Assembly: GCA_004431415.1 (NCBI GenBank)
Contig: QPMI01000205.1
Span: 1 to 64,000, forward strand
DNA length: 64,000 nt
Origin: Cyanophora paradoxa CCMP329
Lineage: Eukaryota > Plantae > Glaucophyta
Direction of reading: 5' to 3'
Shown: positions 1 through 11,498 of the stretch, in pieces
How positions within the stretch are numbered: position 1 is the first letter of the stretch
How the letters are laid out: each line of letters begins with the position of its first letter
Made by a program: the position numbers and the translations under genes
Notes under the pieces: generated by a model
The model's database searches: none
Seen by the model: only the letters and a program-made list of their open reading frames with translations
Told to the model about the DNA's origin: nothing

Positions 1-3000
1 GGGGCGGCGTCGAGGTACCGGCAGGACTTCGACGAGCTGGAGCTGCTGGGGCGGGGCGGCTTCGGCTCGGTCGTGAAGACGCGCAACAAGCTCGACGGGC
101 GCTTCTACGCCGTCAAGAAGGTCCCTCTGCACCCCCGCGACGAGAAGCTCAACAACCGCACGGCGCGCCCCGGCCCCGCCCGCCCCGCCGGCCCCGCCGG
201 CCCCGCCGCGCGGCGCTGAGGGGGGCGGCCGCGCAGCTGCGAGAGGTGGTGGCGCTGTCGCGGCTGCACCACCAGCACGTCGTGCGCTACTACAGCTGCT
301 GGATCGAGACGGGGAGGCAGCGAGCTCCTCCCCCGCTCCACGAGAGAGGACGACGAGGATCCCACACCCTCCTCCTCCCCCTCCGTCCGCCCCCGCCCCG
401 GCGCTCCGCCCACTCCCCGCCCCGCCGCCCCTCACGCGACCCTGCAGGGCCCAGCCCGACGCCGCCGCGGGCAGGCGGGCCGGGGCAGAGCAGCAGCGGG
501 GCGGGCGGCGGGGCCGGCGGCGGCGGGAGCAGCAGTACCGGTGGGGCACGGACTCGCTGGACAAGCTCATCACCTTCGAGGAGCCGACCTCGGCCCCGCG
601 GAGCTCGGACAGCGACGACGCCGACGCCGACGAGGAGGACGACGAGACGACGAGGACGAGAGAGGACGAGGAGGAGGACGAGGAGGAGGAGAGGAGAGGA
701 GGAGGAGAGCGGGGCCGGGGCGCTCGTCCAAGCGGCACAGCCGTGCCTCTACATTCAGATGGAGTGCGGGGGGGGCGGCGGGCGGGGGCCCGCGGGCCTG
801 CGCGCCTGCTGAGGAGGCGGCAGGTACTGCGAGAAGACGCTGGGGGACGTGATCGCGCGGGCGCAGGCGGGGGCGGCCCTCGAGGACGGGGAGCGCTGGC
901 GCATGCTGCGCCAGATCCTCGAGGCCTCGCCCACATCCACAAGTGCGGGTCATCCACAGGCCCGTCCTCCCGCTCCCCGATGTCCCCGCCGGGCGGGCGC
1001 CGAGGCGTGCGGGCAGGGACCTGAAGCCGGCGAACGTCTTCATCGCCCCCGACGGCGACGTCAAGGCCCGCCCGCCCCGCCCCCTCGCCCCGCCCGCAGC
1101 GGCCGACCCGGGGGGCGGGGGCGCAGATAGGGGACCTGGGGCTGGCGACGCAGGGCTGGGGGGCCCCGGGAGGAGGGGCCCGGGAGCGGGAGCGGGGGGA
1201 GAGCAGCTCGGCTCCTCGAGCTCCTCGGAGTCGCCTCGGAGGCGGCGGGGACGCCGGGGACGAGTGGGGCGGGGCAACCCGAACCAGCACACGACGGGGG
1301 TCGCACGGCCTCTACCGCGCCCCCGAGCAGGAGCGCCGCCGCGCCGAGCTCTACGACGAGCGCGTCGACATCTCTCGTCCGCCCGCCCGGACGCTGTCGC
1401 CGCGCGGACCTGCACGCGGCTGACAGGAGGGGGCGTGCGGCAGGCTGGGGATCATCTCTCGAGAGTGTGCGTGCCGCTGCACACGGGCACGAGCGGTATA
1501 CGGTGCTGCGGGACCTGCGGGCCGGGCACCCCCGCCCCACTTCCAGCGCGACTTCCCCAGCAGGCCCGCCCGGCGCCGCCCGGGCCGGCGCCTCGTGGGC
1601 GGCGCTGAAGCGCGGGGCAGGCGCGGATCGTGGCGTGGTGCATGCGGAAGCGGGCGCGGGAGCGGCGACGGCGCGCGAGCTGCTCCAGTCCGACCTCCTG
1701 CCCCCAAGATGGAGGACGGTGCGGGGGGCCGGGCCCCGGGGGGCGCCGCCTGGGCGGGCGTGACGGGCGGCAGACTACCTGCGGGAGGCGCTGCGGGCGC
1801 TGGCGAGCCCGGAGTCTTCCCTCCACGCTCGACTCCTCGCCGCCCTCTTCTCCGGCCCCCGCCCCCGCCCCGGGCCGCCGCCTCCCCGGCCCCTTCCACG
1901 CCGCCCCGCTGCCGCTCCCGAGGCGGCGGGGGCGGCGGACCGGGGGCGCGGGGCGCTTCGTGCGCGCTCGGAGGCGCTGGTGCGGCAGCCGCGCCCTCGA
2001 CGCCATCGTCGCCGTCTTCGCGTGCGCCGCCCCGGCCCGCCCGCCCCGCCGCCCGCCGGCACACCTCCGAGCGGGCCGGGCGGCAGCGGACGGGGCGACG
2101 CTGCTGCACTCGCCGGCGCTGGAGCCGCGGGGGGCGGGGGCCGGGCGGAGGAGGCTGAGGACGGGGCCGCCCTCGTCATGGACTGCAACGGCGAGATCTT
2201 CGCCCTCCGCCCCGTCCGCCTCGCCCCGCCCGCCCCGCCGGCCCGGCCCGAGCGGGAGCGGTGGGGCCAGGACCTGCGGCGGCACTTCGCGCGGCACGGT
2301 GGTGCGGCACGGCGTCTCCTACACGAAGCGCTACGAGCTCGCCAGCGTCTACCGCAAGGCCCCGGGGCGGGGCCCCCCGGCCCCCGCCCTCCAGGCCTCC
2401 TTCGACATCGTCACCCCGCCCTCCGCCGCCCCCCTCGTCCCCGGTGCGCCCCGCCCCTCCCGCTCTCCGCCTGGACCCCGCGCTCAGTGGGCGGGGCGGG
2501 CAGACGCGGAGGCGCTGGCGGTGCTCCTCGCCGTCGCCTCCGAGTTCCCCGAGGCCGGCAAGGCGCGCCCCCGCCCCGCCCCGCCCCGCCCCGCCCCGCC
2601 CCACCCGCTCTGAGCCGCCCGCCCGCCCCGCAGGTGACCATCCTCGTTAACCACACGGGCCTGCTGCGCGCCTTCTGGCGCCGCTCCGGCCTGCGAGGCG
2701 CCGAGTCGCGGGCGGCGGCGGCGGGGGCGCTGCGGCAGCTGCACCAGGCGGGGGCGAGCTGGTCGGCGGTGCGGCGGCAGCTGCAGGGCGGGCTGGACCT
2801 GCCGCCGGCCGTCCTGCAGCGGCTCGCGCTCGCGGCGGTCTCGGGCCCCTCGAGGAGATGCTCCCGCGCCTGCGCGGCCTCTTCGCGGCCCCCGAGGGGG
2901 CGGCGGGCGGGGCGGGGGCGGCGGGAGGAGGGGGAGGGGGCGCTGGGGGGGTGGAGCGGGCGGTGGGGGACCTGTCGCTGCTGCTGCAGCACGCGCGGGC

Positions 3001-4330
3001 GCTGCTCGTGCCCCCGAGGCCCTCCACCTCGCCCTGGGCGCCCTGCCGCCCCCGAGGACGGCGAGCCCGGCGCGGGGGGCCTCCTCTACGAGGGCCTCTT
3101 CTTCCTCGCCCTCGCCCGCCACCCCCACGCCGCCCCTCGCCCCGCTCGCCCCCGCCCCCTCCGCGCCCCCCGCACCCGTCTCCTCCGCCTCCGCCCCGGG
3201 CACCCCCAGCCCTCCTCCTCCCTCCGCCGCCTCCGCGTCGCCGGCGGGAGCCCCTCGCCACCGGCCCTGGCGCCGCATCGGCCCCGGGGCGGCGGAGGGG
3301 GCCAGAGGCCAGCGGGGCGGCCCGGGGCGGCCCGGGGCGCGCGGGAGGGCCACGGGGCGCGGAAGGGCGTGTGATCATCGCGGAGGGCGGCCGCTACGAC
3401 CCGCTCCTCGCCCACGCCCACGCTCCGCACGGCGCGCCCCGCCTGGGGCCCGTCCCGGGGCGGGGCTGGGCGCGGGGCCGGGAGGGCCCGCGCGCGGTCG
3501 GCTTCGTGCTGCACGTCGAGCGCCTCCTGGCCGCCGCGCACGCGCACACCGCCCGGCCCCGCCCGAGCGACCGCCCCACGTGAGGCCCCGCCCCGCCGGC
3601 CCCCCCCCCCCCCCCCATCCCCCCCCCCCCCCCCCCCCCCCCCCCCCGAGTCGCGCTGAGCGGGGCGGGTCAGGCGGCGGGGGCGGCGGGGGCCGGGGAG
3701 GGCGACGGGGCGATCTACGTGGTGACGACCTCGACGTGGGACCGCCTCGCCATCGCTGCCGAGCTCTGGGCCGCCGGCCTCCCGCCGCCGTCCGCCCCGC
3801 CCGCCCCGCAGCCCGCCCCCGCCACGCCCCGCGCCGCAGTTCCTGTACACGGAGACGTCGGACATCCGGGAGCAGCTGGAGGCGGCGGCGCGCGCCGGCG
3901 CCTCCCACGCCGTCGTCGTCAAGGGCGCCGCGTGCGCGCCCCCCGCGGCCACGCGAGATGGGCGGGGCTGAGTGCGGGGCAGGGCGGACCGGGTGAAGGT
4001 GCGGGCGCTGCAGGGCCCGCGCCACGAGCTCGACATCCCCCGCGGCGACGTCGCCCGCCACTTCGCCGCCCGCCCGCCCCCGGCCCGCCCCCGCCCAGGC
4101 GCTTCCCGCCCCGCCCCGACGAGGAGGCCAAGCGCGCCCCCGACGCGCCCCGGCCCGCCCGCTTCGGGGCCGCCCCCCGCCCGCCCCGCCGCACCCGCCC
4201 CCGCCTCCACCAGCAGCGCCGCCCCAAGCCCTCCCGCGGCCGCCCCGCACACGCCTGAGCCCGACCTTCCCCGGCTCTCCACCCCGTCCAACCCCCATCC
4301 GCACGCGCCTCCCCCGGCCGTCTGTAATCG
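1..4330 (+). CDS. GCN2: eIF2-alpha kinase GCN2 (5'-truncated by window, multi-exon): kinase domain followed by HisRS-like domain
   Basis: Exons encode [78 protein letters not shown]; downstream HisRS-like motifs [36 protein letters not shown]. 3' end approximate. Confidence 0.88.
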
Positions 4331-4409
4331 TACGCGTACGTCCAATGCACGCATGGCTGCTGCGAGAGAGGGAGAGAGGGGCAGAGAGGGAGGGCAGGGA
4401 AGGCAGGGG

Positions 4410-5183
4410 CTAGAAGTGCGCGTCGCCGCCGGGGCCGGCCGGGGACGGCTGCGAGCCGCCGCCGGAGCCGCCGAGCTTGATCTTGATCTTGAGGCGAGGC
4501 CGGTCTTGACGGGGGCCGGGGCGGCGGCGGGCTGCTCGCCGCTGGGGCGCGGCGGCTTGGCGGACTTGGTCTTGACGACGAGGCGGCGCACGCCGCTCGG
4601 GGCCGGCTGGAAGGGCCCCCGCGTGCCCCAGCGAGCCCCCGCCGCCGGCGCCGCGATCGCCGCCGACGTCGGCGCCGCCCGCACCGCCGTCGGCGCGTAG
4701 CCGCCCCCGAGGCCGCGCGGCGGCCTGCGCGGCGGCCGCCTTGGCCGCCGCCTTGGCCGCCGCCTTGGCCGAGACCTGCTGCTGGCTGCCCCCCGCCCGC
4801 CCTGCGCCGCCGCCGGCTGCTGCTTCGGCGCCGCCTGCGGGGCCGCCCCGCGGAGGAGAAGAGGGCCCCGCGGGGGCGAGGGGGCGGGGCCGCGGCTGGC
4901 GGCTTGGGCGGGGGCACGGGGGCCGGCCCCGTGATGCCGGCGGCGCGGTTGCGGGCGCGGCGCTCCTCGAGGACCTTGACCTTGGCGGCCTCGATGGCGT
5001 CGGCCTCGGCCCGCGAGCGCCGCCCCCGCTTCTTGGCGATCGGCTTCCCCTCCACGAGCACGGCTTGCCCTCCACGAGCACGTGCCCGAGGCGGTCGTAC
5101 GTGATCTGCACCTCAGGGCCCCCCACCTCCTGCCACATCTGATCCGCCACCGACCGCCCCGGCCCCCGCCCGCCCCCGCCGAG

Positions 5184-5215
<32 letters not shown>

Positions 5216-6847
5216 GGCGTTCGCCGCGTGGGAGGGGGCGCCGACGGAGGGCCCGTGGAGACGCGGGGGCGGCGAGGGCGTGGGCGGCGTGGGCGGGGGC
5301 CGGGGGGCGGCGGGCGGGCGGAGATGGCGGCGTAGGAGGGCTGCACCGGCGGCTGCGGCAGCGGCTGCAGGGTCTGCGGCAGCGTCGCCCGCAGCGCCCC
5401 CTGCGCCGCCACGAACTCGCGCACGCGCGCCGCGTTGCGGAACTCCTCGGGCACGGGGGGCGGGGGCGCGTCGGGGGCGCCCATGGTCAGCCTGTGCACC
5501 GTGCCGCACTTCTCGCACAGCGTCGACGCCCTGCGCGCCCCGTCGGCCCACGCGCCCCGCGCCCTCGGGGAGGAGCGAGAGGGGGCGGACCCCCACTTGC
5601 CGAGGAAGGCGATGGGCTTCTCCCGCGAGCCGGGGGCCCCGCAGCCGAGGCAGTGGGAGGGGGCGGCGCGGGGGCCGGCGGCCTCGGCGCGGGCGCGGCG
5701 CTCGGCCTCGAGGACGGCGAGCTCCTCCTGGGAGGTGAGGGCGAGGACCTGCTCGACCATGCCGGGCCCCAGGTAGAAGCGGCCCTTGCGCGCGTAGCGC
5801 CGGTACCCGCTGTTCAGCACCGCGCTCGCCCGCGTCTGCTCGATCACGTACGTGTTCCGCCGCTTCGAGCTGCGCGCGGCCCGCTCGGCGGGGGCCGAGG
5901 GGCGCGCGGGGCGGGCCACGGGGGGCGGACCGGGCGACGGCGGTCTCGAACTCGACGGTCTCGTGGAGCTCCTGGCGGGAGAGGCGGTCGAGGGCCGGCT
6001 CCCACTGCGCCACCTGGTCGTCCTCCCGCAGCAGCCGCTTTCGCTCCACGTTCCCCGGCAGGATGAACTCCTTCTGCTCCTTGGCCACCTGCGCGCCGCC
6101 CCGCCTCAGCGCCGCCCCGCCCCCGGCGCCGCCTCCGCGCGAGGGGAGGGCGCACCGCGTGCTCGTTGAGCTGCTCGCGGATCTGGATGGCGATGACGTT
6201 GGCGAACTGGCCGCCGAGGCCGAGCTCGGCGGCCAGGTGCTTGGCGAACTCCTCCGGGCTGTTCCGCGGCTCGCTGCAGTCCCACTCCACCTGGTCCAGC
6301 AGCACCACGTCCCCGACCCGCGCCTCGATCTGCCCGCCCCCTCGTCGGCCGCCGATGCGGCAGCGCCGGCGGCGGACGCGGCGCGGCACCTTGATCAGAT
6401 GCCTGTCCTCGCCGCGCGCGGTGGGCACGAAGCGCTTGGAGCTCTTGTACTCGTTCAGCTGGTTCGTGATCGACGCCTTGATGTACTCGATGAACTCCAC
6501 GGGCAGGCGCTCGTCCTCGACGAGTGTGAGGGCGAACTCCTCCGGGGACATCTCGTCCTGGATGTTCCACAGGAAGCTGTCCTTTAGCTGACGTGTCTTG
6601 TCCGTGCTCATGATGTCGAGGCGGATTGGAACGAGGTGGTCCGCGAACCTGCACACCCCGTTCGAAAAGCGGGTGGCGCTGCGCGAGCGGCGGCCGCGGA
6701 CAGCCCGCACCGCGTTCGCTTGACCGGAGGCTCCCAGTTGTCGCTCCGACCGGGCACCCTCTCGAGCCTGCGCGGCGAGGCGTGAGAATGCGGTCCTGGT
6801 CGCGGTTGCCACGCGACCGAAACGCACTTCACCGGTTGCTTCTGCAT
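4410..6847 (-). CDS. SNF5: SNF5/INI1/Sfh1-family chromatin-remodelling subunit with C-terminal C4 zinc-finger-like extension
   Basis: LVPIRLDI..QLKDSFLWNIQDEMSPEEFALTLVED and LLDQVEWDCSEPRNSPEEFAKHLAAELGLGGQFANVIAIQIREQL are the two SNF5 repeats; followed by QWEPALDRLS. Ends approximate. Confidence 0.85.
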
Positions 6848-7038
6848 CGCGGCAGAAGCTCGGCGCGGCTCCTGCAGCTGGCCGCAACTGCGAAGCGCGC
6901 GTCTGCGCCGTACCCCTCTGTCGCTTGGCCCCCGGGTCGTGGCTTGAATTTTTGCGCTTTTTCGCGCTGCCGGCCGCCGCTGCGCGCGAATTTGACAACC
7001 GGCGCGGGCGGATCCCGCGGCCGGAGTCCGCATGCACA

Positions 7039-7677
7039 GATCATGATCATGATCATGCATATGACATGCGTATCATGTTCCTGAGTAGCATCGCGCGCGC
7101 TGACAATTGCGCGCGTGCACGTGCTATCGCGCGCCCGCGCCGGGGATCTATATATCGCCGCGGCGCCGACGTCGCGTAGCACGTAGGTCGTCCGAGTCGT
7201 CGTCGACGACGACGTAGGTCGAGATCTAGATGATCATGAGCTCCGCCGGGCCGGGCCCTTCACGCGTACGGAGACGAATTCGAAGCTGCCGCCACCAGAC
7301 AAATTTTTAAGGGTGCCGCCGGCGTCACGCAGCACGCCGCCACCGCCGGTGCCTTCGCCACCATATGCATGCATATGCCTGCGCATATGCGCATGCCCAT
7401 GGCCAGCGTCGACGTCTTCGAATTCCCGCACCCCGGCGGCCCGGCGGCGGGGCGCTCATGATCATGATCATGATCACTGAGTCATGATCAGCCTGGCAGC
7501 GGACCGGAGGAGATCTGGCCGGCGGCGATCGCGAAGAGCTCGGCCCCGGTGTGCTCGAGCTCGGCAGGACTAGGAAGAAGAGGGGGGGAGGCCTACTAGG
7601 CTAGAAGCTTAAGGCGGGGGTGGGGGCGGAGCGGGCCTGGATGATCATGATCATGATCATCATGGCATGATCATGAG
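7039..7677. repeat. Clusters of self-complementary (ATCATG)n hexamer repeats in intergenic DNA
   Basis: gatcatgatcatgatcatg at ~7039-7058, ~7456-7475 and ~7640-7677. Confidence 0.75.
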
Positions 7678-8459
7678 GCCCGGCCGCCGGCGCCGACGTC
7701 CTCCCACGAGATTTCCGCCGGGCCGGCACCAGCCTGGCAGCTGCTGACTCAGTGAGCCCCGGCCCGATCGATCGAGCCGGCCGCCACCGCCACCACCACC
7801 TCTGAGGCCCCCCCGGGCCCCCCGCCGCCTCCGTCTTAAGCTTGCATGTTGACGTTGTTTCTCAGGTTCTGTTTGCCCCTGAATAAAATATTCCGAACTT
7901 CGACATTCGGACCCGGGCCGGGAAGTTCATGATCAGTGATTATATATCCTTGACGTTCAACGTACTACGGTACTCTCTCTCAACAACGCCTCAGGCCTAT
8001 CATAGAATAGCTACGTATACGTAGTACGGTACCAGCTGCAGCTAGGCTAGGCTATTGAAATTCTTACTTCAAAGCTACCAGGTGCAGGCCTAGGCCTGGG
8101 GGGCCTGCAGGCCAGCCGCAGGCCTATAGCTAGGTCTTTTAAATCAAATTCAACGACTGTCAATAAGTTATGATATACACCGTGGAAACTTGAAGGCCAA
8201 AAAATACACTTCACTAATGCCTGATTATTATTTTTAGTCAGCGACTGTGACATGTATACTACGTATACACTGATATTCGGATCTCGGAGCTTTCAGCTAT
8301 GCCACGGCGCGTGTGAGCGTCTCGACTAGTACGGCAAAAGACATTCGAAAAATTCCTGTGGATCATTGAATCCGGAAAAGTCTGGAATTCTGAGAAGGCG
8401 CCATGAAATCTGAAAGGGGCTCTGAAAGTCTCGGGGAATGCCTCCCTCGCGGCGATTGA

Positions 8460-11163
8460 GTGATGAAGCGGAGCCGCCGAGTCCGCGGCCGTCTTGACGG
8501 CCCGGCGGGCGCGGTGGGGCGGGGAGGAGGCGCCGGGGGCGCGGGGGGCGGCTCAGCGTGCGCCGCCGGCGGGGGCGACCTCCTTGATGTCCGAGAGGCG
8601 GAACTGGAGGTAGTCGAGGAGCTCGCGGCTGGGGGCCACCTGGCGCCCGCGGTCCGTGCGCCGTCCCTCCGTCCCGAACGAGCGCACCGAGTGGAGCACC
8701 TGCGCGCCCGCCTCGGGGGGCGCCCCGGGGGGCGGGGGCGGGGGCCGGGGGGCGGGCGGACGACTGTCTGGGCGGCGGGGTCGTGGCTGACGACCGTCCC
8801 CTCGTAGCGGATGTCGGAGCGCGAGATGAGGTTCACCCGCGTGCCCGGCCGCGCGGCCCCCACCGCCTCCGGCCCCCGCGCGGCGGCGGGGGCGGGGGCG
8901 GGGGGTGGGAGGCCGGGGGGCGGGCGCTCGTGGGGGTGGTGGGGCGGGCCGTGCGCGACGTGCGGGTTGATGCTGGGGTGCGGCCCGTGCGCGCCGTGCG
9001 CCGTCTGCGCCGCCACCGCCAGGCTGCTCGTCAACGCCGCGAAGGCCCGCGCCCGCGCCTCCGCCACCCGGGCGCCTCCCCGCCCGGCCCGCCCCGAGCG
9101 CCCCCGGCACCGACCAGTCCGCGCTCGAGATGGGGCTGCTCCCACGCCCCCCCCCGCCGCCGCCGCCACGCTCGCCTGGAAGGCCGCCGCCGCCGCCTGC
9201 GCCGCCGCCGCGGCGCGCGAGTTGGGCTCGCCGGCGGCGCCGGGGCCCCAGAGGGCGCCGGGCTCGAGGGGCCCCTCGTGGCCCTCGTGCACCGCCGCCT
9301 GCGCCGCGAGCATCGCCGCCAGCCGCTCCACGTCGAACGCTGCGCCCCCGTCACTCCCGCGCCCGCGCCCGCGCCCCCGAAACCCCCCGCACCCGGCTGT
9401 GGGCCCCCTGCCGCATCCGCTGCCCTGCCCTTGTTGTTGTTGTTGTTGTTGTTGTTGTTGCTGCTGCTGCTGCTGCGCGTGCGCAACTGCTGAGGAGGTC
9501 AGGTCGCGATGCGCGGGGGCGCGGGGCGCGGGGCGGGGCGGGCGCACAAGCGCCGCCGAAGAGGGCGCCGGCGGTCTGAGAGGCCGGCACGAAGGGCGGC
9601 GCCGCGGCGTTCGGGATCGCTGTCGGGGAGGGCCGGTGCGAGCCGGGCCCTGGGGGCCCGGCGGCCGTGGCGGAGGACTGCTTGCGCGTGAGCTCGAGGG
9701 GCGCGCGAAGGGTCCATGCGGGGCGGGGCGGGGGCGGCGCACGAGGCGGAAGATGGTGGGCGGGGCGCGCTCCGAGAGATTCCCGCCGGTGACCAGTTGC
9801 GCCAGCGTGAAAGGCGTCGCTGCGGGGCCGGCGCCACGCTCGGCCCGACGCGGCCGGCGCGGGGCGGGGCGGGGGCGGGGTGGACCCATGGAGAGGACGC
9901 CGGGGTTGGAGAACTGCACCGCCGGCTCCGGCACCGAGAAGCTCAGCCCCTCCGTCGCCTGCGCCGCGTCGGGCGGGGCGGCGCGGGGCCGGTGGGGCGG
10001 GGAGGTACCTTGAGCGCGCGGACCACGGCGCCGCGGGCTTCGAGCACCGCGTAGGGGTCGCCCCGCGCGCTCTCCACCCCCGCCCGCGCCTCCAAGCACG
10101 CGTCTCGGAGCGACCTGCCGCGACGTCAGGCGCCCCGCCGGGCCGGAGAGGAAAGGGGGCTGGCTCGCCCGCACCCGAGCGCCCGCTCGATGTCTGCTTT
10201 CCGGTCGCCGATCTCCGCCACCCAGCGGTTTTGGATCTGATCGAGCGCGTGTAGGAGCTCGTTCCGTCTTCGGGTCAGCGGCTGCAAGATCTTGGTCCAG
10301 TACTCCTCGATCTCATGCCGCACGTTGGCGCAGCTCTCCAGCCAGGTGCTCTGAATCCCATTCGCCGCGCTGACGAAGCGCTCCAGCTTCTCGAGGAGCG
10401 CTTGCGCGGCTCGAACACGCCCATCAATCTCGATTTTCGCCTTGTGCGACGCCAGCTGCAGTGGCTGGAATGCGTGGCTGATGCATATGTCAGCTGCAGT
10501 GACAACGCCGAGAACGCGTCAGAATCGTGCTGACCCGACATGGATCTCATCCTCAGAATAACACTCGCGGCAGAGAGGCGCTTCCATGCACTCGCAAAGG
10601 AGGTCGAGAGGCTTGCCGTGGGAGGCGCAGTGCTTCCAGATCGCCGGCTCCGCGTCCTGCGCAGGGCCGTTCGATGACGCGCGTGAATCACGCGATTCTA
10701 GCACGCAAGAGTCCCAGTTATGGTGTCGAATCTGTGCGTACGCGCCTCCCTCGCACAGGTGTGAAAAGGGACGAGCGCAAGTACGGACCACATCTTCTTG
10801 TTTGAGCGTTGAAGCGTTGTCTTCCTCCTTCTCAGATGATGATGATGATGATGATGATGATGATAATGCGCGAAGCATCTCACGCAGGGCAAGGTTAGGG
10901 ACGAGAGCTTGTTCATCCCGACAAGCGGGGGTCGCCGTTCCACAACTCGGGCACGTAATAACCGCGTCCTGAGCCTTCGCGCCTGTCAAGGGCGCGTTAA
11001 TACCTCGCTGACGCGAAGCGGTGACGGTGACAGCGAGCTGGGCCTAACCCAATGTGAGGACGCATCCGGCGTGGAGTGAATGCCCGCATGCAGGCAGGAG
11101 AACCGCGTCAAGCCCGAGGGGCTCCTCGCACAGCGCGCAGGGCGGTGCGCATGCGGGCGGCAT
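8460..11163 (-). CDS. TRIM/RBCC-like protein: RING-H2, B-box, coiled coil, polyQ/RGG low-complexity region, C-terminal LSM14/Scd6 Sm-like domain
   Basis: ATG at 11163: MPPACAPPCALCEEPLGLDAVLLPACGHSLHAGCV, spliced to ..ITCPSC..ALVPNLALREML; B-box CASHGKPLDLLCECMEAPLCREC; coiled coil 10126-10323; GTRVNLISRSDIRYEG..VLHSVRSFGTEGR..LLDYLQFRLSDIKEV at ~8575-8845. Confidence 0.7.
9431..9476 (-). repeat. (CAG)n(CAA)n polyglutamine-coding microsatellite
   Basis: ttgttg...ctgctg run on the + strand. Confidence 0.85.
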
Positions 11164-11498
11164 TTTTGGGGGATACAGGAACTCAAACTTGAAGCCTGGC
11201 TTGGCAACGGTTTGTTTGACGGCTAGCCGTGGCTTGAAGCTTGCTGGACTTCACGGTCGAAACTTTAAGGCGGCACGGTCGCGCATGCGGCTGCACGCAT
11301 GCCCCGACCCAACCCCAGCTGCAGTGCAGGGCAATCGATATCCAACCGTGAAAGTGGCACGCGCAGATAATGAGATCAAAGCACACGAATTCGAAGCCTA
11401 TAGCTAGCCAAAGAACGCATGGGATGCAGGTACAACTACAGGAAAGCAACTCGGCAAACGAAAGAAAAAGCGAGACTAGAGTACGCGCCAGCTCGCGC

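Noticed and set aside
1127-1150. DLG instead of DFG in the GCN2 kinase
   Set aside because: DLG is a tolerated variant in active kinases; not evidence of novelty on its own.
3599-3647. Long poly-C runs (also ~47544-47566 and ~50568-50615)
   Set aside because: Intronic or low-complexity homopolymers whose length is unreliable in this assembly; no independent sign of function.
5046-5083. 20-bp tandem duplication (VLVEGKP twice) shifting the frame in the SNF5 tail
   Set aside because: Most likely a consensus or assembly artefact; cannot be interpreted without reads.
3086-6088. 1000-aa ORF and the many other long Arg/Pro/Gly/Ala-rich ORFs (e.g. 11476-15255)
   Set aside because: Stop-codon scarcity in extremely GC-rich DNA; they read through introns and wrong frames of the spliced genes.
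10835-10864. (GAT)n repeat readable as poly-His or poly-Asp
   Set aside because: In the RING/B-box gene frame it encodes a simple poly-Ser linker.
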